A DNA stretch of 45,557 bases from an uncultured Lachnospiraceae bacterium (GCA_949740385.1 CATJJD010000217.1:1-45557), one strand, 5' to 3'; counted from the stretch's first letter, positions 26,363-36,235 are shown. Numbers and translations: made by a program. The notes: a model not told the origin generated them from the sequence alone.

Positions 26363-28273
26363 CTATTTTGCATGTACCTTCTTTTTCTTTCCGGCCGCCT
26401 TCTCCTTCATGGCCTTGCCGGCTTTTGTCCTGCTCTCCTTCCCCTTCTTCTCCTCCGCCTCCGCTTCCGACTTTCGGGCGGCATCCGCCAGCACGCGCTT
26501 CTGCTTCGACATGGAAATGCGGTATCTGCTCTCATACTCCTTAAAGCAGGCCGTATAGTTCTCGTTCTTCATCTCCCGCACGCTCTTCAGATACTCGTGG
26601 GTGTCGAAGTCCGCCGTCTCCAGCTCAATCATGGCCACCGCAATGTTGGAGCAGTGGGCCGCAATGCGCTCGTAGTTGGTCAGCAGATCGTTGAAGCCAA
26701 AGCCCTGCCGGATCTCACACCGGCCCTCCCGCAGCCGCCTGACGTGATGGTTCTTCATATCGTTGCACATAATCCCGATCAGCTCCCGCAGCGGCTCCAC
26801 CCGGGCCGCGATGGCCAGGTTGTCCTCGCAGAAGGCGTTCACGGTCAGACTCACGATCTCGCACACCGCCTCCTCCAGAAGGCCGATCTCATACCGCGCC
26901 GAGTCCGAGAAGCGGATGCTCTTGTCCGTCAGCTCCCTCGCCACCTCGGAAATATTCACCGCGTGGTCTCCGAGCCGCTCGAAATCGCTGATGGTGTGCA
27001 GAAATTTGGACACCTGCTTCGTCTGGGCCATGGACATCTCGTGTCCCGTAAGCTGCATGAGGTACGTCCCGAGCCGGTCCTCGTACTTGTCGATCAGGTT
27101 CTCCTTCTCCTGCACCTTGTTGAACTTCTCCTCCGAATACTCCTTAAGAAGAGACAGCGCCCGGTAAATATTTTTGCGGGCCTTCCTGGCCATGCCGTTC
27201 ATCGCGGTGTGGCTCTGGGTGATGGCAAGATCCGGGTACACAAGAAAGCGCTCCTCCAGAAGATCGAAGTCCGCCTGCTCCTCCATATCCTCCTTCGTAT
27301 CCTTAATCAGCGCAAACACCAGCTTCTCGATGTGGCGGATAAACGGAATGAGCAGCAAAATGGTGGCCAGCCGAAATACCGAGTTCATCAGCGCAATCAT
27401 CACCGGGCTCATGGTGTAATCCATAAAGTCGAAGCGGACAAAGGCGTTGACCGAGTAGAACACAACGGACCAGAACACCATGCCGAACAGATCGTTGATC
27501 AGATAGATCAGCGCGGTCCGCCGGCCGTTTTTGTTGGTCCCGATGGACGATAAGAGCACCGGACAGGCCGCTCCGACGCCGATTCCCATTGTGATGGGCA
27601 GAGCCGTCGCAAAGGAGATGCACCCGGTGACGGAGAGCGCCTGGAGAATACCGACCGAGGCGGACGCGCTCTGGAGCACCGCCGTAAAAAAAATTCCGAC
27701 GATTATGCCGAGAAACGGGTTCTCAAACCGCGTCAGAAGCCCCACGAAATACTCGTTCTCTTTGAGCGGCGACACTGCGGAGCTCATAGTCTGCATCCCC
27801 ACCATAAGAATCGAAAAGCCCAGCATAATATCTCCCACGTTCCGGTACGTGGTCTTTTTCACAAACAGCTTGAACACGATGCCGACGATCGCCACAATCG
27901 CAGAGATCGTTGCGGTGGAGAGGAGCTGCGCGATTCCGCCGGAGCCCTCGATGTAGGACAGACAGAGAATCCACCCGGTCACGCTGGTGCCTATGTTGGC
28001 CCCCATGATAATGCCGATGGCCTGGGACACCTTCATCATGCCGGAATTCACAAAGCCCACCACCATGACGGTGGTCGCCGAGGAGGACTGGATTATCGCC
28101 GTCACAACCGTCCCCAGCAGCACGCCCTTGACCGGCGTGTTGGTCAGCCTGTACAAAATCAGCTCCAGCTTGTTGCCGGCCACCTTCTTTAATCCGTCTC
28201 CCATCAGGGACATGCCGAACAAAAAAAGCGCCACGCCGCTCAGCAGCGTCAGAATAATCGTAAAGCCATTCAT
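26363..28273 (-). CDS. Na+/Pi cotransporter family protein with C-terminal PhoU domains
   Basis: QSSSAT, GANIGT and second repeat QSASAS; PhoU-type DFERLGDH and ERIAAH; Lys-rich tail. Confidence 0.92.
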   Translation of the reverse strand: MNGFTIILTLLSGVALFLFGMSLMGDGLKKVAGNKLELILYRLTNTPVKGVLLGTVVTAIIQSSSATTVMVVGFVNSGMMKVSQAIGIIMGANIGTSVTGWILCLSYIEGSGGIAQLLSTATISAIVAIVGIVFKLFVKKTTYRNVGDIMLGFSILMVGMQTMSSAVSPLKENEYFVGLLTRFENPFLGIIVGIFFTAVLQSASASVGILQALSVTGCISFATALPITMGIGVGAACPVLLSSIGTNKNGRRTALIYLINDLFGMVFWSVVFYSVNAFVRFDFMDYTMSPVMIALMNSVFRLATILLLIPFIRHIEKLVFALIKDTKEDMEEQADFDLLEERFLVYPDLAITQSHTAMNGMARKARKNIYRALSLLKEYSEEKFNKVQEKENLIDKYEDRLGTYLMQLTGHEMSMAQTKQVSKFLHTISDFERLGDHAVNISEVARELTDKSIRFSDSARYEIGLLEEAVCEIVSLTVNAFCEDNLAIAARVEPLRELIGIMCNDMKNHHVRRLREGRCEIRQGFGFNDLLTNYERIAAHCSNIAVAMIELETADFDTHEYLKSVREMKNENYTACFKEYESRYRISMSKQKRVLADAARKSEAEAEEKKGKESRTKAGKAMKEKAAGKKKKVHAK

Positions 28274-28385
28274 AACTTATCTCCCGTAAAACAGTTTTTT
28301 ATCCCTCTGTACCTGACTATTATAAATCATTTTACCTGATATTTACAATGGCTTTGTTTATATTTTGTCAACTTTCAGACAGCCG

Positions 28386-29078
28386 TCACTGCCCGTAGTA
28401 GGCGTTCTCCCCGTGCTTGCGGTAATAATGCCGGTCTCTTAAGCAGTCGTCTGCCGGCTTCACATCCGGATTCAGGCTCTCCGTGTAACGCGCCATCCGG
28501 GCCACCTCCTCCAGCACCACCGCGTTGTGAACGGCGTTGGCCGCATCCGTCCCAAAGGTGAAGGGTCCGTGGTTCTTACAGAGCACCCCCGGGGTGGATG
28601 CCGGGCGAATCCTCCTTGTCTCGAAGGTCTCTATGATAACAAGCCCCGTGTTCTTCTCGTACTCCCCGTCGATCTCCTCCTTCGTCAGGCTTCTCGTGCA
28701 CGGAATCGGGCCGAAAAAGTAGTCGGCGTGGGTCGTACCGTAGAGCGGAATGTCCCGCCCCGCCTGGGCGAAGGCCACCGCCTCCTTCGAGTGGGTGTGC
28801 ACAATGCCGCCGATCTCTTCGAAGCTGCGGTAGAGCTGCAGATGGGTTTTCGTGTCGGAGGACGGCTTAAGCCGCCCCTCGACGGTATTTCCGTTAAGAT
28901 CCACCACAACCATGTCATCCTCTGTAAGCTCATCGTAGCTGACGCCGCCCGGCTTTATGACAAAACAGCCGCTTTTTCGGTCGATGCCGCTGACGTTCCC
29001 CCAGGTGTAGGTGACAAGTCCGCGCCGTGGAAGCTCCATATTTGCCTCGTATACTTCTCTTTTCAAATTTTCTAACAT
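28386..29078 (-). CDS. araD: L-ribulose-5-phosphate 4-epimerase
   Basis: [23 protein letters not shown] and [11 protein letters not shown] motifs. Start set at MLENLK. Confidence 0.95.
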   Translation of the reverse strand: MLENLKREVYEANMELPRRGLVTYTWGNVSGIDRKSGCFVIKPGGVSYDELTEDDMVVVDLNGNTVEGRLKPSSDTKTHLQLYRSFEEIGGIVHTHSKEAVAFAQAGRDIPLYGTTHADYFFGPIPCTRSLTKEEIDGEYEKNTGLVIIETFETRRIRPASTPGVLCKNHGPFTFGTDAANAVHNAVVLEEVARMARYTESLNPDVKPADDCLRDRHYYRKHGENAYYGQ

Positions 29079-29088
29079 CGGTCCCTCC

Positions 29089-30678
29089 TCAGATTTTGGC
29101 GGCCGCAAGCTCCGCTGCAATGGCCGCCCTATAGTCCTTCATGTAAGCGTCAAAGCCCTTCACGTCCGCCTCGTCCTGCTCCATCACTTCCCCGGCCGCC
29201 CCCGCGAATACCCGGTTATTCAGGTAGTCGGCAAGGTTCTCGCCCTTCTCCCTGTTCACCATATAAGCCGCCAGTATGGCCATGCCCCAGGGACCGCCCT
29301 CCCCGGCGGTCTCCATCACCGCAACCGGCGCGTCCATGGCCGCCGCAAGAATGCGCTGCCCCACGCCCTTCGTCTTAAACAGGCCGCCGTGGCCATAGAG
29401 TGTGTCAACCTTCACATGCTCCTCCTTAAAAAGGATGTCGCAGCCGATTTTTAAGGTAGCCAGCGAGGCGTACAGGTGGGTGCGCATGAAATTGGCCAGG
29501 TTCATCTTCGCGTCCGGTTTCCGCACAAACAGCGGACGCCCCTCGTTTAAGCCGATCACCGGCTCCCCCGAGAGCATGTTGAAGGCCACAAGGCCGCCGC
29601 AGTCCTTATCCCCGGTCAGCGCGTGGTTGTAGAGCTTCCCGTAAATGTCGTCCATGTCCGGCTCTCTGCCGCACAGTCTCTCAAACTCCGCAAACAGCCC
29701 CACCCAGGCGTTCAGATCCGACGTGCAGTTGTTGCAGTGCACCATGGCCACCGCATCCCCCGCCGGCGTCGTCACCATGTCCAGCTCCTCGTGAACCTGC
29801 ATGAGCGGCTCCTTAAGCACAACCATCGCAAACACCGACGTGCCGGCAGAGACGTTTCCGGTGCGCACCGCCACGGAGTTTGTCGCAACCATGCCGGTGC
29901 CCGCGTCGCCCTCCGGCGGAGCCAGCGGAATGCCCGAAGAAAGCCTGCCGTCCGGGTCCAGAAACGCGGCCCCCTCCGGCGTGATCTGTCCCGCGCTCTC
30001 CCCCGCCGTAAGCACCTTCGGGAGAATATCCGAAAGCTTCCACGGCATTTTCTGAATTTCCGGCAGGGCGTCGAAGGCTTCCATCATTTTCCGGTCATAG
30101 TCCCCGTTGGCCGAATCAATCGGAAACATACCGGACGCCTCGCCGATGCCCAGCACCTTCTCTCCGGTCAGCTTCCAGTGTATGTAGCCCGCAAGAGTCG
30201 TGATGTAAGAGATCCGTTCCACATGGGGCTCGCCGTTTAAGACGGCCTGGTACAGGTGGGCGATGCTCCAGCGCTGGGGAATGTTGAAGTGAAACGCCTC
30301 CCCGAGCTTTTTAGCCGCCTCCCCGGTGACGGTGTTTCGCCAGGTGCGAAACGGCACCAGCAGCTCCCCCTTTTTGTCAAACGCCATGTACCCGTGCATC
30401 ATGCCGGAAAATCCCATGGCCGAAAGATTCGTCAGCTTTTCGCCGTACCTTTCCTCCACATCCTCCGCAAGCTTCCGGTAACAGTCCAAAAGACCCTCCC
30501 GGATGTCCGAAAGGCGGTACGTCCAGAGCCCGTCCTCATACCGGTTCTCCCAGTCGTGTGCCCCCGCCGCAATGGGCCTGTGTTCCCCGTCCACCAGCAC
30601 CGCCTTGATTCTCGTCGATCCGAACTCAATGCCGAGCACCGCCTTGCCGGATGCGATCAGCTGTTTTGCATCACCCAT
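29089..30678 (-). CDS. araB: FGGY-family carbohydrate kinase, probable L-ribulokinase
   Basis: [27 protein letters not shown] and SAGTS motifs; between araR and araD. Start set at MGDAKQ. Confidence 0.8.
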   Translation of the reverse strand: MGDAKQLIASGKAVLGIEFGSTRIKAVLVDGEHRPIAAGAHDWENRYEDGLWTYRLSDIREGLLDCYRKLAEDVEERYGEKLTNLSAMGFSGMMHGYMAFDKKGELLVPFRTWRNTVTGEAAKKLGEAFHFNIPQRWSIAHLYQAVLNGEPHVERISYITTLAGYIHWKLTGEKVLGIGEASGMFPIDSANGDYDRKMMEAFDALPEIQKMPWKLSDILPKVLTAGESAGQITPEGAAFLDPDGRLSSGIPLAPPEGDAGTGMVATNSVAVRTGNVSAGTSVFAMVVLKEPLMQVHEELDMVTTPAGDAVAMVHCNNCTSDLNAWVGLFAEFERLCGREPDMDDIYGKLYNHALTGDKDCGGLVAFNMLSGEPVIGLNEGRPLFVRKPDAKMNLANFMRTHLYASLATLKIGCDILFKEEHVKVDTLYGHGGLFKTKGVGQRILAAAMDAPVAVMETAGEGGPWGMAILAAYMVNREKGENLADYLNNRVFAGAAGEVMEQDEADVKGFDAYMKDYRAAIAAELAAAKI

Positions 30679-30731
30679 AATTGCCCTCCAATCCCGTTTT
30701 TTTCTAAATTTTTCATATTTATATATAAAAG

Positions 30732-30767
30732 AATACAACTTGTACATACCATGTGACAAGTTGTATT
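30732..30767. promoter_or_regulatory. Inverted repeat, probable AraR operator (may also act as terminator)
   Basis: AATACAACTTGT-N12-ACAAGTTGTATT; contains ACTTGTACATAC, similar to the Bacillus AraR box ATTTGTACGTACAAAT. Confidence 0.6.
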
Positions 30768-30808
30768 TTTTAATTTTTTCGGTTGTTTCCCCGGCCCAAA
30801 CCGGCGCT

Positions 30809-31906
30809 TTATGTTCTTTTTTTGCAGGAGTCCCGCACGATCAGCCTGGGCTCCATCACAATCTGCCGCTCCGAAAGGGGTACGTCAGCCTGCAGCAGGC
30901 GAAGAAGCAGGTTTGCCGCCGCCTCCCCCAGCCTCTCCTTCGGGTGCGCCACGGTAGTCAGGCCGACGCTGCATGTGGCGGCGAGATACGAGTCGTCGTA
31001 CCCGGTCACCGACACGTCCGCGGGGCAGGAAAGCCCCTCCTCCAAAAGAGCCCGGATCACGTCGACGGCAATCTGGTCATTGTAGGCCACAACCGCGTCG
31101 AATGGCCGCTGCCGGTACATTTTCGCCAGCCGGCGCACCTCCTGGTACGGGTGCTGCCTCCGGTCCTCGGTGTAATACCAGATCACAAGGTCCGCATCGT
31201 AGCCGATTCCGGCCTCCCGCAGGGCGTCCGCGTAGCCTCTGTGGCGCTTCTGCCCCTGCACGTCGTCGGACTTGAACACGCCGACAATGCGCCTGTGCCC
31301 GAGCCCGGTCAGGTGCGCCGTCGCCAGATAGCCGCCTCTGCAGTCATCCAGCAGAATATACGGCAGCTCCTGCATCTGCGCATAATTTCCCTGGATAAAC
31401 ACGCAGGGAATGCCGCACTGCTCCAGCATTTCGTACAGATGCGTGTGCCGGCAGAATATATGGCTCCGGCTCGGCTCGATAATGAGCCCGTCGATGTTCT
31501 TTTGCAGAAGCTCCTCCAGACAGCGGGCCTCGGCCGTTCTGGAATTTTTCGTGCTCTTTAAAAGGATGCTGTAGCCGTGCTCCGAAAGCACCTGCTCAAT
31601 CCCCTGAATCACCTGCGGAAATATGTAGTCGGTCAGGTAGGTGGTCACCACCGCTATATTTTTTGACGGCCCGCAGGCTTTTAAAAGCCCCGAGCAGAAG
31701 GTGCCCCGCCCGTGCTCCGTGTAGACATAGCCCTCCTGCGTCAGTATCCCCAAGGCCTTTCGCACGGTCTGGCGGCTCACCCCGTATCTGGCCGCCAGAG
31801 CATTCTCCGACGGCAGCTTATCCTTCGGCCGGATGGCGCCGCCCAGAATCTGCGACCGCAGATCCCTGGTCAGCTCCTCGTATTTTGGTTTTTTCTCCTG
31901 CTGCAT
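30809..31906 (-). CDS. araR: AraR-type repressor (GntR HTH + LacI sugar-binding domain)
   Basis: KLPSENAL...[10 protein letters not shown]...HGRGTF; LacI-type YNDQIA, VTGYDD and LTTVAHP. Confidence 0.88.
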   Translation of the reverse strand: MQQEKKPKYEELTRDLRSQILGGAIRPKDKLPSENALAARYGVSRQTVRKALGILTQEGYVYTEHGRGTFCSGLLKACGPSKNIAVVTTYLTDYIFPQVIQGIEQVLSEHGYSILLKSTKNSRTAEARCLEELLQKNIDGLIIEPSRSHIFCRHTHLYEMLEQCGIPCVFIQGNYAQMQELPYILLDDCRGGYLATAHLTGLGHRRIVGVFKSDDVQGQKRHRGYADALREAGIGYDADLVIWYYTEDRRQHPYQEVRRLAKMYRQRPFDAVVAYNDQIAVDVIRALLEEGLSCPADVSVTGYDDSYLAATCSVGLTTVAHPKERLGEAAANLLLRLLQADVPLSERQIVMEPRLIVRDSCKKRT

Positions 31907-31936
31907 GGCATTCTCCTCGATATTAAGAGAACCGGA

Positions 31937-32842
31937 TTAAGAGAACCAGGACCTGATCGCCTCTATGATCTTCTCGAAAAAGCTGCGGATGGCGTCGAAA
32001 AACCCGCGCTCCTCAAGGGCGCCGCCGATCTTATCCGCGATATTCGCCGCCTGGTCCGCAATGCTCTCCCAGTCCAGGTCAAGGCCCTTAAGCTTCTCCA
32101 GAAGCGCCGTAAGCTTCTCCTTATCCTCGGACGACAGAGAGATGCCGTAATTTTCTGCCACCTCCCCGATGGCGTCTTTAATCTGCTCCGGCGTCTCCAG
32201 CTCGCCCCTTGCGATGCGGCCCTTAAGCTCCGTGATCATCGACTCCACCGCCTCCGGCGGCCCGTCGATGGACTGCTCCAGCTCACCGGTTGTCACAAGC
32301 TCATCCATCGCCGCATCCACGACGCCCTCGTCCAGTGACTCCCCGGTCAGCTCCTCGTAGGCCTTAAAGGTTCCCACGAGAGCCGCCGTTCCGGATATTT
32401 CAAAGGGCCCCGCCACAATGATGCTGGCGTCGGTGATTCCCGCGGTGGCAAGGGCGTTGCGGTACATGCCGGACGTACAGTAGTTGATATTGTACGTGGA
32501 TATGTGCACGCCCTTCCCCTCCTCCTCCAGGCATATAAACACCGAGGAGAGCGCTCTCGTCCCGATCTTCTCCTTCGGCACGTAGGCGTCCAGATACTCG
32601 TGCTCCTCCGAATTGTTCACATAGACCACATCGTAGGAATCAAAATTGCCGGCCTCAATGCCCATCAGCTTAAGCACCGTGTGCTGCTCCTCGGCGGACA
32701 GGTCCGCCCCAAGCGCCAGATACGGCTTATCCTCCTGTGTGATCACCACCTCTTCGCTCTCCGTCGCGCGCACCGTCTCCGGGTGTGCGGCCGCAAGAGC
32801 TGCAGTAAGTGCCAGCATAACAGCAAAAGACTTTTTCATCAT
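31937..32842 (-). CDS. DUF1002 secreted/extracytoplasmic protein
   Basis: Signal peptide; LALGADL, MYRNALATAGI and SGTAALVG motifs. Confidence 0.85.
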   Translation of the reverse strand: MMKKSFAVMLALTAALAAAHPETVRATESEEVVITQEDKPYLALGADLSAEEQHTVLKLMGIEAGNFDSYDVVYVNNSEEHEYLDAYVPKEKIGTRALSSVFICLEEEGKGVHISTYNINYCTSGMYRNALATAGITDASIIVAGPFEISGTAALVGTFKAYEELTGESLDEGVVDAAMDELVTTGELEQSIDGPPEAVESMITELKGRIARGELETPEQIKDAIGEVAENYGISLSSEDKEKLTALLEKLKGLDLDWESIADQAANIADKIGGALEERGFFDAIRSFFEKIIEAIRSWFS

Positions 32843-32860
32843 TTTCCTCCCTGTACCGCA

Positions 32861-33886
32861 CTATCGGTACTCATACCGGACCGCAAACTGTCCGTCCTCA
32901 AAGGACACATGGGCGTAGCCGCCGCTTATGACGGGCATCATCGGCGGCAGGTGCCCGATGTCCAGATCCATAATTACCGGCACGCCGTACTCCGCCAGAA
33001 GCTCCGTCACCGCCCGGTACTGGTCCATGCCGAACATCTCCTGCCCGTGGCACAGGGGACGCCCGATCAGAAAGCCTCTGACATGTGAAAACCATCCCGC
33101 ATGCTTCATCTGCCAGACGGCTCTTCGGATGGACATAATGTTAAGGTCGCAGGACTCCAGAAACCAGATCAGCCCGTCCTTTCGGTAGCGCCGGTTAAAT
33201 TCCTTCACATGATCAAACTCCGTTCCCGTCAGATTCACCAGGCAGTCCATACAGCCCCCCACAAGCCGCCCCGAAAAATGCGCGTCCTTCTGCGGAAAGC
33301 TCTTAATGACAGACGGCTCCGTCACATGGTAGGGCATAAGGGGTTCCTCCTCAGACTTAAGGCTCTCCCGCTCCCACCGGTCGTAGCCTCTAAAGGTATC
33401 CTTTTTCCCCCGCAGCAGGTCAAGGGCGTCCTGCAGAGCCGGATGCCAGGGCTCCATCCCAAACGCCGCCGCACACGGCCCGTACACGGCCGCCGTGTCG
33501 CAGATGGTAGCGGACAGAAACGTGAAGTTCGTGTTGTCCGAAAATCCCATGTACCACTTCGGCTCTGCCTCCGCGATTCTCTTTAAATCCATGTACGGAA
33601 CGACCTCGCACATCAGCTCGCCGCCTCCGCAGGAGATCAGCACGTCGCAGCCGCTGCCGCAGTACGCCTCGTTTAACTCCTCAGCGCACAGCCGCGGCTC
33701 GTTGCTGATTCCGACGCCGCAGTCTACATAGCAGTTTGCCCCCAGGAAGGTCCCGTAGCCCATCTTTGAAAAGCGTCTGAGCGCATTGTCAAACGCCGTC
33801 CGGTACGGCTCCGCGGCACAGCCGAAGGACGGAGCCACAAAACCGATCGTTCCGTTATCCTTTAAAAATTTTGGGTATCTCATCAT
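32861..33886 (-). CDS. S66-family LD-carboxypeptidase / MccF-like peptidase
   Basis: GFVAPS, GFSDNT (Ser), FLE (Glu) and DIGHLPP (His) motifs. Confidence 0.88.
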   Translation of the reverse strand: MMRYPKFLKDNGTIGFVAPSFGCAAEPYRTAFDNALRRFSKMGYGTFLGANCYVDCGVGISNEPRLCAEELNEAYCGSGCDVLISCGGGELMCEVVPYMDLKRIAEAEPKWYMGFSDNTNFTFLSATICDTAAVYGPCAAAFGMEPWHPALQDALDLLRGKKDTFRGYDRWERESLKSEEEPLMPYHVTEPSVIKSFPQKDAHFSGRLVGGCMDCLVNLTGTEFDHVKEFNRRYRKDGLIWFLESCDLNIMSIRRAVWQMKHAGWFSHVRGFLIGRPLCHGQEMFGMDQYRAVTELLAEYGVPVIMDLDIGHLPPMMPVISGGYAHVSFEDGQFAVRYEYR

Positions 33887-34055
33887 TCTCTCCTTTTTTC
33901 TCCATAGTATACGAAAACGGCGGACTGCGCAAGAAACACTTCCTTAAATATTTGTGAAAATAATGAAAAATTCCTCTGCGGAAAACAGCCGGCCGGATTT
34001 CTCCCGTCGGCTGGCCTGTATCATTTTCTTTTTTACGGATAGTTCGATATTCCAG

Positions 34056-34184
34056 ATATTTGTCACCCGCCCCGTGCCAGATTCCGCTGACCGCAAAGGT
34101 AACCAGGAGATTGACACACTTTGACAATCTGCCCTTTCGTCCCCCGCCCAGGGGAATATATATGTAGTCCTGCAGCCGGCTGCC
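34056..34184 (-). pseudogene. Internal fragment of an MBOAT (AlgI/DltB-like) O-acyltransferase
   Basis: GSRLQDYIYIPLGGGRKG...NLLVTFAVSGIWHGAG matches the MBOAT YIPLGG and WHG motifs, but only ~43 codons are present. Confidence 0.8.
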
Positions 34185-34191
34185 GAAAATT

Positions 34192-34287
34192 TTAATCCCG
34201 AACATTTATAAGCCGCATATCGGGGAGCGGACACTATTTGTTATCATGACCACTTATAAGCCGCATATCAGGGAGCGAACACTATTT
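34192..34287 (-). ncRNA. Two 48-nt tandem repeats, candidate type III TA antitoxin RNA (CptI-like pseudoknot)
   Basis: Repeats are 40/48 identical. Each can form an H-type pseudoknot with a compensatory C-G/U-A change, and a sigma70 promoter lies directly upstream. Confidence 0.7.
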
Positions 34288-34316
34288 TAGGAGAACAGTC
34301 TTCTCCTCTTATCCGT

Positions 34317-34345
34317 TTTATACGAACAAAACCATTCTATGTCAA
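34317..34345 (-). promoter_or_regulatory. sigma70-type promoter TTGACA-N17-TATAAA driving the repeat array
   Basis: -35 at 34340-34345 and -10 at 34317-34322. Confidence 0.7.
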
Positions 34346-34355
34346 TCACTTGATG

Positions 34356-34396
34356 AAAAACAGGGGACATGGCAAACGCCGCCATGTCCCCTGTTT
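34356..34396 (-). terminator. Rho-independent terminator
   Basis: Perfect 16-bp stem AAACAGGGGACATGGC / GCCATGTCCCCTGTTT directly after the 97-aa ORF. Confidence 0.85.
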
Positions 34397-34398
34397 CT

Positions 34399-34692
34399 TC
34401 ATCCAAAATTCATCTGACATCTCATCTTCTGTCTTGTGTAGCGCAGATAAGACAGCAGATTCTCCCACACGGATATTCCCCTGTGATAGTTAAACCGCGT
34501 CCGGTACGCAATCCCCTGGCGGTTGCACCAGTTGTAAATATCCGTAAGCCCGAGCTGCTTCACCGTGCGGATATTACTCATAAATATCTCGATCTTGGTC
34601 AGCTCAATCTCATCGTTCACATACAGATGAAATATGGTGTTCGGACACTCAATCATCACCTGCCCGCTGTATTTTCCCCTAACCTGATTCAT
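34399..34692 (-). CDS. Hypothetical protein, 97 aa
   Basis: GGGAGG RBS and its own terminator; no recognisable motif. Confidence 0.7.
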   Translation of the reverse strand: MNQVRGKYSGQVMIECPNTIFHLYVNDEIELTKIEIFMSNIRTVKQLGLTDIYNWCNRQGIAYRTRFNYHRGISVWENLLSYLRYTRQKMRCQMNFG

Positions 34693-34844
34693 GTCTTCCT
34701 CCCAGTCATATATTTACATAATACTACATAATGTCACAAAAAACCAGCTGTTTTTCCTGAAATTTCACATTTTTCACAACAGCCTTCGACATGATTTCCG
34801 CCGCGCCCTGCCTGAATATGGCATCTCTTTTATTCATATCCCGC

Positions 34845-34873
34845 TTGAAACCTCCGATCTACTACTATATAAT
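34845..34873 (+). promoter_or_regulatory. sigma70-type promoter TTGAAA-N17-TATAAT for the PFK gene
   Basis: -35 at 34845-34850 and -10 at 34868-34873. Confidence 0.7.
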
Positions 34874-34934
34874 ACTTATATATCCGTTACATACCGGATT
34901 ATGAAACCAGATAAAAAATGTTTAAGGAGAACTT

Positions 34935-36170
34935 ATGTACCAGACAAATTGCATGGTCGCACAGTCCGGCGGCCCTACCGCAGCCATCAACGCAAGTCTC
35001 GCCGGGGTCATTTCCGGCGTGAAAGAAAGCAGTGCATACCAGACATGCTACGGAGCCGTAAACGGCATCCTTGGAATACAGACCGAAAACTACCTTAACC
35101 TCACCGAGCGGATCGCAGACGACGAGACCCTTAAGCGGCTTATCGCAACCCCTGCCATGTACCTGGGCTCCTGCCGTCACCGGCTGCCGGACTTTCGGGA
35201 GGACGAAGGGCCCTACACACATATATTCCGGCAGTTTGAGAAGCTTGGCGTCGGCGCATTTTTCTACATAGGCGGAAACGACTCCATGGACACGGTGCAG
35301 AAGCTGTCGGACTATGCCCGAAAAACAGACAGCAGCGTCCGCATCATCGGCATCCCAAAGACCATCGACAACGATCTCTGCATGACCGACCACACGCCGG
35401 GCTTTGGCTCCGCCGCCAAATACATCGCCTGCACGATGCTGGAGATCGCCCACGACACCTTTATCTACCCGGTAAAGAGCGTCACCATCGTAGAGATCAT
35501 GGGGCGGGACGCAGGCTGGCTTGCCGCCTCCGCCGCACTGGCCAGATGCGGCTACAGCGACGCGCCCCACCTGATCTATCTGCCGGAGGCGCCCTTCTCC
35601 GCCGAACAGTTTCTCTCGGACGTGAAGGCAAAGCTTGCCGTCTGCAGCAACGTGGTCGTGGCCGTCTCCGAGGGCATACGGGATCTAAGCGGCCGCTACA
35701 TCACGGCATCGCAAGCCTCCGACCAGTTCGGCCATCTGCAGCTCTCCGGCGCGGGAAAAGCACTGGAATTTCTCGTGAAGGAAAACCTGGGCGTCAAGGT
35801 GCGCTCCGTCGAGATCAACGTGCTGCAGCGGTGCGCGTCGCACCTTGCGTCGGCCTGCGATCTGTCCGAAAGCTTTGCACTCGGCCGCCGCGCCGTTGCG
35901 CTTTCCGCCTCCGGCGTCACCGCATCCATGGTCACAATCTCCCGCACCGGAGACGACCCGTACACCGTAAGCTACGGACACGCGCCGGTTAAGGAGATAG
36001 CAAACCTTGCAAAATCCGTGCCGCGCAGCTGGATCAGCGAGGCCGGCAACGACATCTGCCCGCAGATGTACGCTTACCTGCGCCCGCTGATTCAGGGGGA
36101 ACACCCTGTCACCTATAAAAACGGCATACCGGACTACCTTCCGGTGACGCACCTGAAACCACAACTGTAA
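34935..36170 (+). CDS. 6-phosphofructokinase family, probably PPi-dependent
   Basis: QSGGP, GGNDS (Asp at the phosphoryl-donor position), PKTIDND (Lys) and EIMGR motifs. Confidence 0.88.
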   Translation: MYQTNCMVAQSGGPTAAINASLAGVISGVKESSAYQTCYGAVNGILGIQTENYLNLTERIADDETLKRLIATPAMYLGSCRHRLPDFREDEGPYTHIFRQFEKLGVGAFFYIGGNDSMDTVQKLSDYARKTDSSVRIIGIPKTIDNDLCMTDHTPGFGSAAKYIACTMLEIAHDTFIYPVKSVTIVEIMGRDAGWLAASAALARCGYSDAPHLIYLPEAPFSAEQFLSDVKAKLAVCSNVVVAVSEGIRDLSGRYITASQASDQFGHLQLSGAGKALEFLVKENLGVKVRSVEINVLQRCASHLASACDLSESFALGRRAVALSASGVTASMVTISRTGDDPYTVSYGHAPVKEIANLAKSVPRSWISEAGNDICPQMYAYLRPLIQGEHPVTYKNGIPDYLPVTHLKPQL

Positions 36171-36235
36171 TTTTACCCGGTCAGAACGGGCTCTAATCCC
36201 GAAAATAACGTTCGGGAACAATAAAGGGGTATCAT

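Noticed and set aside
26333-27553. 406-aa + strand ORF
   Set aside because: Antisense shadow of the Na/Pi cotransporter.
33855-34205. 116-aa ORF as an intact gene or the cognate toxin
   Set aside because: Its ATG lies inside repeat B without an RBS; it is a chimera of repeat sequence, MBOAT fragment and intergenic DNA.
34192-34287. CRISPR array interpretation of the tandem repeats
   Set aside because: Only two contiguous units; the apparent 14-bp spacers are themselves homologous; no cas genes.
34323-34339. LexA (Cheo) box in the array promoter spacer
   Set aside because: CGAAC-AAAACC-ATTC has the wrong spacing for GAAC-N4-GTTC.
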